Shown here piece by piece: positions 1 to 8,633 of a stretch of DNA of 29,314 nucleotides; the stretch's first letter is position 1; every line of letters begins with the position of its first letter. This DNA comes from a virus (lineage: Duplodnaviria > Caudoviricetes): positions 1-29,314 of IMG/VR virus record IMGVR_UViG_3300044854_000029; one strand, 5' to 3'. The translations under genes and the position numbers were made by a program. The notes beneath the pieces are model-generated. The model worked only from the letters and a program-made list of their open reading frames with translations, was not told where the DNA came from and ran no database searches.

Positions 1-10
1 CAAGCGCGAT

Positions 11-2203
11 ATGTCGCAACTGGCAGACGCGATGATTGACACGATTCCGGCCAATAAAGGGCGCGAGGCTGGACGCGAATTGCGCGTGCTCACGCAGGAC
101 AAACGCAGCGGTAAACTGGTCGATAATGCACTCGCTCGTAAAGCCGCCGTGTTCGTCATTCAAGCCAAAGGCAATCGCACAAAGCTCGACACGGATTTGG
201 CCAAGGTCGAAGGCAATCCTGACGCCGAAGCCGCTATTCGTTACGCACAAGATAATTGGGATGACTTGCAACCGTTGGCGCAACGCACACGATTGCTGCT
301 GGATGAGCAAATGTCGTATGAAGGTTCCAATGGAATAGATGTGGCGTATGAGAATCATTACGTGCCCCAACGCCACGAAAACATTCTGACTGACCGTGGC
401 GTGTTGTTCGGTGAAGTTGGCGGAACACCGGGCAGCACTGGATTCAAGAAGGCAAAGGTTTTCCCTGATTACGCCAGCGCCATCGAAGCCGGATACAAGC
501 CAAAGAACCTTGACATCGCAGACCTTGTTGAACACCGGGTTCGCACCGGTCAACGGCTCGTGAATCGCAAGCTGTGGGCGGAAGGATTCAAGGGCATTGC
601 CGACCCGTATTCAGGTGATCCGATAATGACGGATTTGGTTTCTCGCCGTATTGAACGTCCAGACGGCACCGTGGATACACAATTCTCAGCGCCTCAAGGT
701 TACGTTCCGAAAGAAATCATTCCCGGCGTCCGTATTGCCGTGCGCCAAGGATACTCGCATTTGTTCAATGCGCTCACTGGCACGAGCCAACTCCGAGAGT
801 CCGCCGTTGGTCGTGCTGGCATCGCGGCATCAGGTTTTATCAAACACCGATTGCTGTTACTCGACAGCTTCCACGCCAGTCGAACGATGCAGACCAGCTT
901 GGCCGCTCGCGGAAGTTTTTCTTACGACAAAGGCTTGAGCCTTTTGGAATTGTCTGATCGTGCTTTGACGGATGCGGTGGACCGAAACCTCATCACTCCT
1001 GAGATGGCGTCATGGGTTCGCGAGCCGCAAGCCTTGGAGGTGAATGGTAAAACGGTCCAGATGACGCCGCGTGAACTGGCGCAGCTTGGCCAGCGCAACG
1101 GATTGAACGTCGGACGATTCGCTGACGCGCTCTACACCGAAGCAAAAGGATTGTTGGGCACAGGTCGATTCACTAAATGGTTGTTCGAGAAGCTGACTCG
1201 CGGGGCGATGGTCGAAACGTTCTTGACTGAATTTGAGCGCGTGGCCAAGTCCAATCCGAACCTGAACGAGACGCAAGTCGCCCGGCAAGTAGCCCGCGAC
1301 ATCAATGTGTTGTTCGGAAACCTTCAGCGCCAAAGCATAATCAAGAATCCGGCGATACGCGATTTGATGCAGATGGCGTTTCTGGCCCCGCAATGGGTCG
1401 AATCGTTGGCTCGACGCGAACTCCGTGCCGTTGGTCAAGCCGGAAAAACCGTTGCCGATGTTGCAGCCGGAAAAGGATTGCACGTCGGCACCGTGGCAAA
1501 AACGGTCGGCACTGGACTCGCCGCTTATGTGGCGTTGACTCAGTTACTCAATTACCTGTCTCGCGGCCATTCGACGTTGGATAACGAGGAAGGCAACCAC
1601 AAGCTCGACGCTTTCATTCCTGATCCGACTGGCCAGAGCCAAGGATTTTGGTTCTCGCCATTGTCAGTGTTCGGAGAAATCACGCATGACCTGATTCGCT
1701 ATTCGCACACCGAACCGACAGCGGGCGATGTTGCAGAACGAATCGTCTCTAATAAACTTGGTCCGGTGGGTCGTGCTCTCGAAATACTTCGGACAGGCGA
1801 AGATGCCATTGGCACGAAGCTGCCTACTACATGGGACCGCGCCCAAGAAGCCGGTCTGCAACTTGTGCCTGCACCGATTGGCGTTCAACCGGCATTCAGG
1901 GCAGTTGGTAAGGAACTTGGTGTTCCCGGCATTAGACAACCGCGCCCAGGCGAACTTGTGCGGCAAGCTGCTGGATCGTTGGGGTTCAAGATTGAGCCTT
2001 ACAAGACGAATGAAGAACGAGTAAAACGCGCTCGCGAAATCAACACTTACATTGAATACTGGATCAAGCGTGCTCGCCAGATGCCGATAAACGACCGTCG
2101 CCGCTACATCGAGACTGAAATGCAACGGCTCAAGATGTCGCCTGCTGAACGGAACAAAACCAAGCGAGAGATTGGCGAAGCTGGCGTTTACAAATACAAA
2201 TAA
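11..2203 (+). CDS. Large virion-associated (internal/ejection-type) protein, probably 5'-truncated by the window edge
   Basis: 730-aa ORF whose frame is open back to the window start; Ala/Gly/Leu-rich helical composition typical of podophage internal virion proteins; no catalytic motif recognised. Confidence 0.55.
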   Translation: MSQLADAMIDTIPANKGREAGRELRVLTQDKRSGKLVDNALARKAAVFVIQAKGNRTKLDTDLAKVEGNPDAEAAIRYAQDNWDDLQPLAQRTRLLLDEQMSYEGSNGIDVAYENHYVPQRHENILTDRGVLFGEVGGTPGSTGFKKAKVFPDYASAIEAGYKPKNLDIADLVEHRVRTGQRLVNRKLWAEGFKGIADPYSGDPIMTDLVSRRIERPDGTVDTQFSAPQGYVPKEIIPGVRIAVRQGYSHLFNALTGTSQLRESAVGRAGIAASGFIKHRLLLLDSFHASRTMQTSLAARGSFSYDKGLSLLELSDRALTDAVDRNLITPEMASWVREPQALEVNGKTVQMTPRELAQLGQRNGLNVGRFADALYTEAKGLLGTGRFTKWLFEKLTRGAMVETFLTEFERVAKSNPNLNETQVARQVARDINVLFGNLQRQSIIKNPAIRDLMQMAFLAPQWVESLARRELRAVGQAGKTVADVAAGKGLHVGTVAKTVGTGLAAYVALTQLLNYLSRGHSTLDNEEGNHKLDAFIPDPTGQSQGFWFSPLSVFGEITHDLIRYSHTEPTAGDVAERIVSNKLGPVGRALEILRTGEDAIGTKLPTTWDRAQEAGLQLVPAPIGVQPAFRAVGKELGVPGIRQPRPGELVRQAAGSLGFKIEPYKTNEERVKRAREINTYIEYWIKRARQMPINDRRRYIETEMQRLKMSPAERNKTKREIGEAGVYKYK

Positions 2204-2206
2204 TTT

Positions 2207-2356
2207 ATGCCGTCAAAAAGTTCTGCTCAAAAAGGCTTCATGCGGATATGCGCGTACGCGCCATCCAAGGCGTACAAGAAATGCCCGCCGCGCAATGTCT
2301 CGAAGGAATTCGCCCGCGCTGATGCGGCTCGCGCAAAACGCAACAGCAAGTATTGA
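2207..2356 (+). CDS. Small basic phage protein (49 aa, MPSKSSAQKGFMRICAYAP...SKEFARAD)
   Basis: Translated by hand; ATG 3 nt after the previous stop; the MPSxSxAQxxFM...KEF pattern resembles small proteins I recall from phage head regions. Confidence 0.6.
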   Translation: MPSKSSAQKGFMRICAYAPSKAYKKCPPRNVSKEFARADAARAKRNSKY

Positions 2357-2358
2357 AT

Positions 2359-2643
2359 ATGGTGGAATTCGCTTCACTTAATCTGTTCCAAAAAGACGCT
2401 GAGTTATCAACGCCGTGGAAAGACATCGCTCGTCAAAGATTGGTTCACGAAGCGGTTGCTCATACGCTGGCTCGGATGGCTTGGGACGGCGCGACGGCTG
2501 AACAGCTTCTAGGCGCTCGCAAATTCGTCACGCACTTTCTGAATTGTGGCGAAGTGCAGGAAGCTATATCCGTGGCCTCAGTGCCGAGATTGAATTACAA
2601 TGTCGAAGAACAAATTGCCGCTTCCCGAAACAAGAAAGATTGA
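2359..2643 (+). CDS. Hypothetical protein upstream of the scaffold (94 aa)
   Basis: ATG 2359 follows the previous stop by 2 nt; tight operon packing. Confidence 0.65.
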   Translation: MVEFASLNLFQKDAELSTPWKDIARQRLVHEAVAHTLARMAWDGATAEQLLGARKFVTHFLNCGEVQEAISVASVPRLNYNVEEQIAASRNKKD

Positions 2644-2649
2644 TCTATG

Positions 2650-2684
2650 AAAAGGCGACCAGTCAGATTGCTCCAACTAGTCGC
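2650..2684 (-). terminator. 3' hairpin/terminator of array A RNA
   Basis: Minus strand GCGACUAGUUGGA-GCAA-UCUGACUGGUCGC followed by CUUUU: 13-bp stem with three G-U pairs (mismatches on the plus strand) and a GNRA loop. Confidence 0.75.
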
Positions 2685-2686
2685 TA

Positions 2687-2771
2687 GAACCATACCTTGC
2701 CACACCTTGCATTGCCATGCCGCACATCGCCTAGCCGCGGCTTGCATTGCCAGGCCTCGCACGGGCTTGCC
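2687..2771 (-). repeat. Pentamer GGY-NN array A (17 units), putative VIPR-type guide RNA, orphan
   Basis: Minus: GGC-AA GCC-CG TGC-GA GGC-CT GGC-AA TGC-AA GCC-GC GGC-TA GGC-GA TGT-GC GGC-AT GGC-AA TGC-AA GGT-GT GGC-AA GGT-AT GGT-TC; 11/17 triplets are GGY and all 17 end in a pyrimidine. Confidence 0.85.
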
Positions 2772-2828
2772 GTTGTGAAATCCTTATAGTTTTCGACTAA
2801 AAACTCAAGCTCAAACCAGATTAGTTTT

Positions 2829-4109
2829 ATGCCAGTAGCCACTGCAACAGTAACAGCAAATCCCACACCCACGGCCACTAAAGATGCGAGTGCTACAACG
2901 ACCGTCAAGCAGGCAGAAAGCACCGCTTCATCGACCGTAAAAGAACCCTCGAAAACTCTCGAACGGTCAAACTTTTTTACAGACGAAGACGCCCTTCCCG
3001 ACGCTGTGGATGCTGAGCCAGTTTCGGATAAAAGCGCAGATGACAAAAAAGACGATGCAAAGAAAGGTGCTGACGATGATGTTGAAACCACATCGGAAAA
3101 AACAACGGACAAAGCAACCGAAACGGAAAAAGTCGAAGATGTTCCACCGGAACCACGCACGAACAGAGAACTCAAGCGAGTTTACGAGAACGTCAAGAAG
3201 GCAAACAAGCAACTTACTGCGCGCGCTCAGGAGCTTGAAGCTCGAATCGCTGAGCTTGATGGAATTGCTTCAACTGCTAAATCGGATACTGGACCTCTCG
3301 CTGAACAACTCGCCGCCGCAAACAAGCGCATCGAAGAATACGAAGGTCGATTGCGTCTCAAGGCGTACGAGGAAAGCGACGAGTTCAAGACGAAGCATCT
3401 CGCTCCATTCAAGCGCACGGAAGCACGCGCTTTCAATGATGTGCGCCAGTTGGAATACATCGAAGGCGTTGACGAAGACACTCAGCAACCGCGCACGCGC
3501 CCGGCGACCGTCGAGGACTTCATAGAAATCTACAATCTTCCAGCGGGCAAAGCGTACGGCGCGGCTAAGCGAGCCTTCGGTGATTCCTTTCAACTCGTGA
3601 TGAACCATTATCACGACCTACATCGCCAGCAGGAGGACATGAAGGAGGCCATCGCCGAGTATCGCAACCGTGGCGCGGAGGAAGAAAAGAAGACACAAGC
3701 CCACACCGCGCAGGAACGCGAAGCCGCCGACCGTATGTGGCGCATCGCAAACCAAGAGACGCAGGCGAAATACTACCGCGACTTGGGCATTGACCCGGAC
3801 GACGCGGAGATGAAAGAGACGCTGGCCAAGGGTTATGGTCCGGTTCAGAAGCTATTTTCTGGCAACGGCAACATGACGCTCGCGGAGAAGGTTGGATTAC
3901 AAGCAAGCGTGCTGCACCGGGCCGCGCTATTCGGCGTCACGCGAAAACAACTGCTCGCGGCAAAGGCCGAACTCGCCGCCGCTCTAAAAGATGTCGAGGA
4001 ATTGCGCGGTAGCAAGCCGGGTAAGCCGAAGCCGAAGTCAGATGCTGTGCCTGTGGGCGACTACAAAGACCTCGCTGAAGAAATGGCCGCGTATCCGATG
4101 GAGGGTTGA
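2829..4109 (+). CDS. Putative capsid scaffolding protein
   Basis: 426 aa; disordered acidic N-terminus, long coiled coil, Lys/Pro linker and short C-terminal helix; located upstream of the capsid gene. Confidence 0.65.
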   Translation: MPVATATVTANPTPTATKDASATTTVKQAESTASSTVKEPSKTLERSNFFTDEDALPDAVDAEPVSDKSADDKKDDAKKGADDDVETTSEKTTDKATETEKVEDVPPEPRTNRELKRVYENVKKANKQLTARAQELEARIAELDGIASTAKSDTGPLAEQLAAANKRIEEYEGRLRLKAYEESDEFKTKHLAPFKRTEARAFNDVRQLEYIEGVDEDTQQPRTRPATVEDFIEIYNLPAGKAYGAAKRAFGDSFQLVMNHYHDLHRQQEDMKEAIAEYRNRGAEEEKKTQAHTAQEREAADRMWRIANQETQAKYYRDLGIDPDDAEMKETLAKGYGPVQKLFSGNGNMTLAEKVGLQASVLHRAALFGVTRKQLLAAKAELAAALKDVEELRGSKPGKPKPKSDAVPVGDYKDLAEEMAAYPMEG

Positions 4110-4111
4110 TT

Positions 4112-4393
4112 ATGCCAGAAGGAATTAAGTTAGAAGGAATTGGCTGGGGCAATTCACGAAATTCCGTTCGCGCCGATACTGACAAACTCGTCATCGAACT
4201 GGAAACTTTCGACTTTGGCATGAGCGACGCGCATCAAAATTTGGCTAAATGGCGTGCGTTAAAAGCCGCAACTCGCGCTATAAACGAAGTGGAACGCATG
4301 TCTAAAGAAGAAGTTGATCGCGAGTGGAAATCTGTCATAGAAGAGTCCAAACGCTATCACTGGAGTATCGTTTCAAACCCGATGGAGGGTTAG
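4112..4393 (+). CDS. Hypothetical protein, probable inserted accessory gene (93 aa)
   Basis: GGAGGG RBS at 4100-4105; flanked by the 13-bp direct repeat CCGATGGAGGGTT (4095-4107, 4379-4391). Confidence 0.6.
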   Translation: MPEGIKLEGIGWGNSRNSVRADTDKLVIELETFDFGMSDAHQNLAKWRALKAATRAINEVERMSKEEVDREWKSVIEESKRYHWSIVSNPMEG

Positions 4394-4396
4394 CGC

Positions 4397-5140
4397 GTGC
4401 TTTGTGTTGCGCTACCATTTTGCGCCAAAGACGCCGTCTCGATGCTCGACACGCTGAAGTGGATGGGCGCATTGCATGGCTCGATTGACTTCAACGCTGT
4501 TTTGGTTTTCCCATCCTCTTTGCAACACAGGTTTGTTGAAGCGATTGATAATATCGCCCGTGTTGTATTTGCTCACGTCGAAAAGTTTTCGTATCCATGT
4601 CCAGCGAATTCAGGGTGGCCCCTTGGTCCAAATCTCGCATGGCAATCGACAGCGCGGCGCATGTTGGCTGGTGCGTCGTCGTGGTTATGGCTTGAAGCCG
4701 ACGCAATACCTCTGAAATCTGATTGGTTGAAACAACTTGACGTAGCTTACGCGCAGTGCGGCAAAGCATTCATGGGGGCTATCGTTCCGCACATGGGGCA
4801 TTGCAACGGAGTCGCCATTTACCCGCCTGATACCGCGAGTCGTTGCCCAAAAGCGATGGTTGCGACCAATCAAGCATGGGATTACGTGATGCGCGACGAG
4901 ATGATTGCGGATTGTCACGATGCTAGCGACCTGATTTTTCATTTTTGGGGTTTGATTAATGATCGGCCACACGCCACAACAGGCAACCCGCCGCATTTCA
5001 AATCAATCGCAGATGTTAAGCGTTGGATACCCGATAGCACCGTCCTGATGCACCGATGCAAAGATGGCAGTTTGATAAAGCGCCTCAATGAAAGTCTCAA
5101 TCTTGATCGTAAGTTGGATGCAAGACCTACCGTGGCTTGA
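4397..5140 (+). CDS. Glycosyltransferase-like protein (GT-A fold)
   Basis: WLWLEADAIP acidic DxD-like motif after a hydrophobic strand; NGVAIYP and AWD motifs; clustered with GT/MTase genes. Confidence 0.6.
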   Translation: MLCVALPFCAKDAVSMLDTLKWMGALHGSIDFNAVLVFPSSLQHRFVEAIDNIARVVFAHVEKFSYPCPANSGWPLGPNLAWQSTARRMLAGASSWLWLEADAIPLKSDWLKQLDVAYAQCGKAFMGAIVPHMGHCNGVAIYPPDTASRCPKAMVATNQAWDYVMRDEMIADCHDASDLIFHFWGLINDRPHATTGNPPHFKSIADVKRWIPDSTVLMHRCKDGSLIKRLNESLNLDRKLDARPTVA

Positions 5141-5849
5141 GTATTGTCTGCGAAGCATAACCAAGTTCGCGACCGGCTTCCACGAGACCGTCGTCCTTGT
5201 ACCGGAGCAGGAAGTCAACGGATTCCGATATTTGGCACTGCCAGCCGGATGTCATTTAGCGACCTACGCGCGCGACTCAGACAAAGCCAAATGGCACCTG
5301 CACCATCAGGTAATGAAGTGCCATGCCGACCTGTGGTGTAAGGGATCGGACTTTGTGTTGCACACCGATAGCGATTGTGTGTTTAGCAAACCAGTCGCGC
5401 CCGAAGATTACTTCGTGGATGGTAAGCCGGTGATGTTAATGGAGTCTTATGCGCGGCTGACCAACAACCCGTGGCAGGTGCCGACGCAGAACACACTGAA
5501 GCGACTCATTTCACATGAGTTCATGCGCCGCCATCCGCAGGTCAATCCCATCGCGGTTTACCCAGGACTGCGAGAGCGCATCAGAGAACTGCACAGCCAA
5601 TCGTTTGACGATTATGTGCTGTCGAGAAAAGCCGACTTCCCGTGGGGATTCAGCGAGCACAATGTTATCGGCGCTTATGCGTGGTTCGAGCACCACGACG
5701 CCTATCATTGGATTGATGTGGCGAAGGATCCACGCCCGGCAGACAAGTTGATTCAGTTCTGGTCGCACAGTCCAATCGACAAGCCGCAGAGCACGCCATT
5801 CGGCTTGAACCTTACACCGCGAAAGGTGTTCAGCGAACTTGGCCTATGA
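5088..5849 (+). CDS. Glycosyltransferase-like protein (GT-A, DxD motif)
   Basis: N-terminal VSILIVS...LEYCLRSI strand-helix; FVLHTDSDCVF DxD motif; FSEHNVIG. Confidence 0.65.
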   Translation: MKVSILIVSWMQDLPWLEYCLRSITKFATGFHETVVLVPEQEVNGFRYLALPAGCHLATYARDSDKAKWHLHHQVMKCHADLWCKGSDFVLHTDSDCVFSKPVAPEDYFVDGKPVMLMESYARLTNNPWQVPTQNTLKRLISHEFMRRHPQVNPIAVYPGLRERIRELHSQSFDDYVLSRKADFPWGFSEHNVIGAYAWFEHHDAYHWIDVAKDPRPADKLIQFWSHSPIDKPQSTPFGLNLTPRKVFSELGL

Positions 5850-6400
5850 ACACGGTCGCACCTCTCACGCACCGGGACATGCTTGGCTATTGGCTAAACG
5901 AGCGCGGTTTGCTCGGCGAGTTTGTTGAGGTTGGATCTGCCGAAGGGCGGTTTGCCGCCAAGATTCTGAGCACATGGAAAGGTCGCCGATTGTATCTGGT
6001 GGACCCTTGGGCGCGGCAAGACCCATCAGACTATCTTGAAGCGACCAATCAAAACGCTCCGTTCGATGATTGGTACGAGCAATGCAGGCAATTGGCCGAA
6101 CAGGATTCCAGGGCAACTTTGGTTCGCATGTTGTCGCTGACTGCGGCAAAGCAGTTCAGCAATCGTCAATTGGACGGCGTTTATCTGGATGGCGCACACG
6201 ATTATCGGAATGTGTTATCGGACCTCGACGCGTGGACTCCAAAAATCCGACCAGGAGGATTGATCGGCGGGCACGATTTCAAGAACGACCATGAAGGCGG
6301 GGCTTGTTGCGATGTGGATACTGCGGTTTTGAGATGGTGCCAAGAGCGCAATATCACGTTCACCGTGACGCCGTGCTCGTCCTGGTTCTACATAAAATGA
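5846..6400 (+). CDS. Class I SAM-dependent methyltransferase (Methyltransf_24-like)
   Basis: VEVGSAEG motif I, LVDPW, VYLDGAHDY, GGLIGGHDF. Confidence 0.85.
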   Translation: MNTVAPLTHRDMLGYWLNERGLLGEFVEVGSAEGRFAAKILSTWKGRRLYLVDPWARQDPSDYLEATNQNAPFDDWYEQCRQLAEQDSRATLVRMLSLTAAKQFSNRQLDGVYLDGAHDYRNVLSDLDAWTPKIRPGGLIGGHDFKNDHEGGACCDVDTAVLRWCQERNITFTVTPCSSWFYIK

Positions 6401-7089
6401 TTAAGCTGATCCAAGACGCAGAGAGCTACACGCTCGCCGTGCTGCCAAACGACAGCCACATGAGCACATGGGTTGAGCAGGCAAAGACAATCGTCACCGA
6501 CCAGACGGTGCCTTTGCACATCCTGCCATTGTTCAACGAGGGCGACACCGTGGTTGATGTCGGCGCGAACATCGGCACGCACACGGTTTCCTACGCCAAG
6601 AAGGTCGGGGGATCGGGCCGGGTGTTGGCGTTCGAGCCATACTTGCCGTCGTTTGTTTGTCTCGCCGTAAACTGCCGCGACCTGCCGCAAGTTGAGTTGC
6701 ACAACTGCGCCCTTGGCAATGCTTACATGACGGTTGCGCTACGCACTCCAACTGACACAAACATGGGGACTGTGTGCGTTGAAAAAGATCGTCCAGGGAA
6801 CACGCTCATGCGCCGATTGGACGACATTGCGCTGGCCTCGTGCCGATTCATCAAAATTGACGCTGAAGGATGCGAGCCGGATGTGATTCGCGGCGCGTTG
6901 GATACGATTGCAAAGTTCAAGCCAACTCTGTTCGTCGAACTCAACGACAGCGCCCTACGTCATTATGGTTACACGAAGGCAACGGTGCTGGACCTCTTAG
7001 AGAGTGTCGGATACGAAATGCAGTTCGTGGATGCGCGGCACACGCTCAAGGAAAGCCAGCTTGACGTAATTATGCGACCAAAGCGGTGA
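6397..7089 (+). CDS. FkbM-family methyltransferase
   Basis: VDVGANIG, AFEP, FIKIDAEG..., KPTLFVE; ATGA overlap with the previous gene fixes the start at 6397. Confidence 0.9.
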   Translation: MIKLIQDAESYTLAVLPNDSHMSTWVEQAKTIVTDQTVPLHILPLFNEGDTVVDVGANIGTHTVSYAKKVGGSGRVLAFEPYLPSFVCLAVNCRDLPQVELHNCALGNAYMTVALRTPTDTNMGTVCVEKDRPGNTLMRRLDDIALASCRFIKIDAEGCEPDVIRGALDTIAKFKPTLFVELNDSALRHYGYTKATVLDLLESVGYEMQFVDARHTLKESQLDVIMRPKR

Positions 7090-7667
7090 TTGCCGTATCG
7101 TCGTTTCGGGCTTTCTCGGAAGCATCTCAAATCGCGTTCAACCAGATGCGCGCCTTTCAGTCGTGGCTTCCTGTGTTTGATCGCGTGTTTTACTTCGGAG
7201 CACCGGAACGTCGTCTAAGTTCTCCCAAGACCGTGTTTGTGGCCTCACCGGATTTCCCTTCCATCAAATTGCTCATGCAGATGGCCGCTATCGTTTCCGA
7301 ACCTGCCTGCATCATTAACGCCGACATCGTGCTTGATCCAAAGGCCCACACCGCATTTTACAACACGATGCGCCGATACCAAGCCGCTACTTCGTTTCGT
7401 TTGGAATTTAACAGCGACACGCGCCAAGCCCGCAGGGTTGACAATGGACTCGATGCGTTCATCGCGCATCCCGCCGTGTGGCAGCGTTGCTGGCCAATCG
7501 TTCCGAACCATTTTCGCATCGGCCACCCTTGCTGGGATAGCTGGCTCAATGCGTGGTTGCGCGACCAACTTGGCGTCGGTTACGCAGACCTGAGCGCGCA
7601 AAAACTCGTGTTCCATCCGAACCACAAATTCAGAGAAAAACGCACGCACGCCCCACTCCAGCCTTGA
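7086..7667 (+). CDS. Glycosyltransferase-like protein
   Basis: CIINADIV motif, GLDAF, FRIGHPCWDSWL; GTGA overlap. Confidence 0.55.
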   Translation: MIAVSSFRAFSEASQIAFNQMRAFQSWLPVFDRVFYFGAPERRLSSPKTVFVASPDFPSIKLLMQMAAIVSEPACIINADIVLDPKAHTAFYNTMRRYQAATSFRLEFNSDTRQARRVDNGLDAFIAHPAVWQRCWPIVPNHFRIGHPCWDSWLNAWLRDQLGVGYADLSAQKLVFHPNHKFREKRTHAPLQP

Positions 7668-8458
7668 TTTTCCCGCGCGGTTTTGTTTCAATCGAGGGTA
7701 TCAAAACGACCTTCCTTTACGCGCTGCATGATCCACGACCGGGCGACACGCACGTCTATATCGGGAAGGCTGACGATCCGAAGAAGCGTCTTTATTTCCA
7801 TCGCTATCGTCTGAAATTTGAGCGGTCCCACAAGGCCAGTTGGTACCGCAGTTTACTTGAGATTGGGCTAGAACCTCGCATGGAAATCATCAAGGAAGTC
7901 CCGTTTTCCGAGTGGCAAATATGGGAGATGACGTTCATTCATTGGTATCGGGTACTTGGATGGCGCGTCGTGAATGAAACCGCTGGTGGTGAAGGATGGG
8001 TGAACCGAAAACACACTCCTGAATCTGCTGCGAAAATATCCGCTGCCAATTTGGGCAAGAAACGCTCTGAGTCTTACAAACAATATTTGCGCGACAAATA
8101 TGCTCGCGGCGGGCATCCCATGCTTGGAAAAACGCTTTCACCAGCCCACAAAGCCGCTCTCAGTGCTGCTACAAAAGGCCGACCTAAATCAGCAGAAACC
8201 AGAGCACGGATGAGTGCCTCTGGCGGCCATCACCTGAGAGGCAAAACACTTTCTCCAGAGCATTGCGCCAAACTTAGCGCATCGAAGAAGGGCAGACCGC
8301 AAGCGCCAGAACACAGCGCCAAGATAGGCGCGGCCCTTAAAGGCAAGCCAAAATCTGATGAGGCACGGCGCAAGATGAGCGAGTCAGCCAAACGGCGGTG
8401 CGAAAGAGAAAAGTTGACTTACGCACAAAACGGTGATTCGTTGATGACGTTGCCGTAA
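7664..8458 (+). CDS. GIY-YIG homing endonuclease with NUMOD3-like repeats
   Basis: FLYAL...VYIGK...R, conserved E, NETAGGEG, then repeated (H/K)(T/S)PE...KIS/GKxLSxEH units; start inferred at the TTG overlapping the previous stop (ORF track starts at 7553). Confidence 0.85.
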   Translation: MIFPRGFVSIEGIKTTFLYALHDPRPGDTHVYIGKADDPKKRLYFHRYRLKFERSHKASWYRSLLEIGLEPRMEIIKEVPFSEWQIWEMTFIHWYRVLGWRVVNETAGGEGWVNRKHTPESAAKISAANLGKKRSESYKQYLRDKYARGGHPMLGKTLSPAHKAALSAATKGRPKSAETRARMSASGGHHLRGKTLSPEHCAKLSASKKGRPQAPEHSAKIGAALKGKPKSDEARRKMSESAKRRCEREKLTYAQNGDSLMTLP

Positions 8459-8633
8459 GGCTTCAAATCTGGCTCTCTGCAGTTCCTCTGGCCAGTAGGA
8501 CGGTTGAAACTCCGATAAGTTTCGAGGCTTGTGATCCGCAAGGATTGCTAAACCAGCGAACGCTGGCAGGAGACGGCCACCAAATCCAAACGTATTTTGT
8601 GCAGCTTAATGCCGCACGTAACCGATTGTTTTT

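Noticed and set aside
2684-3175. 163-aa minus-strand ORF running into array A
   Set aside because: Antisense shadow of the scaffold; its C-terminus is just the translated pentamer array
7553-8633. Group I intron hosting the GIY-YIG gene
   Set aside because: Flanking genes appear intact and I could not identify P7 or other core intron elements
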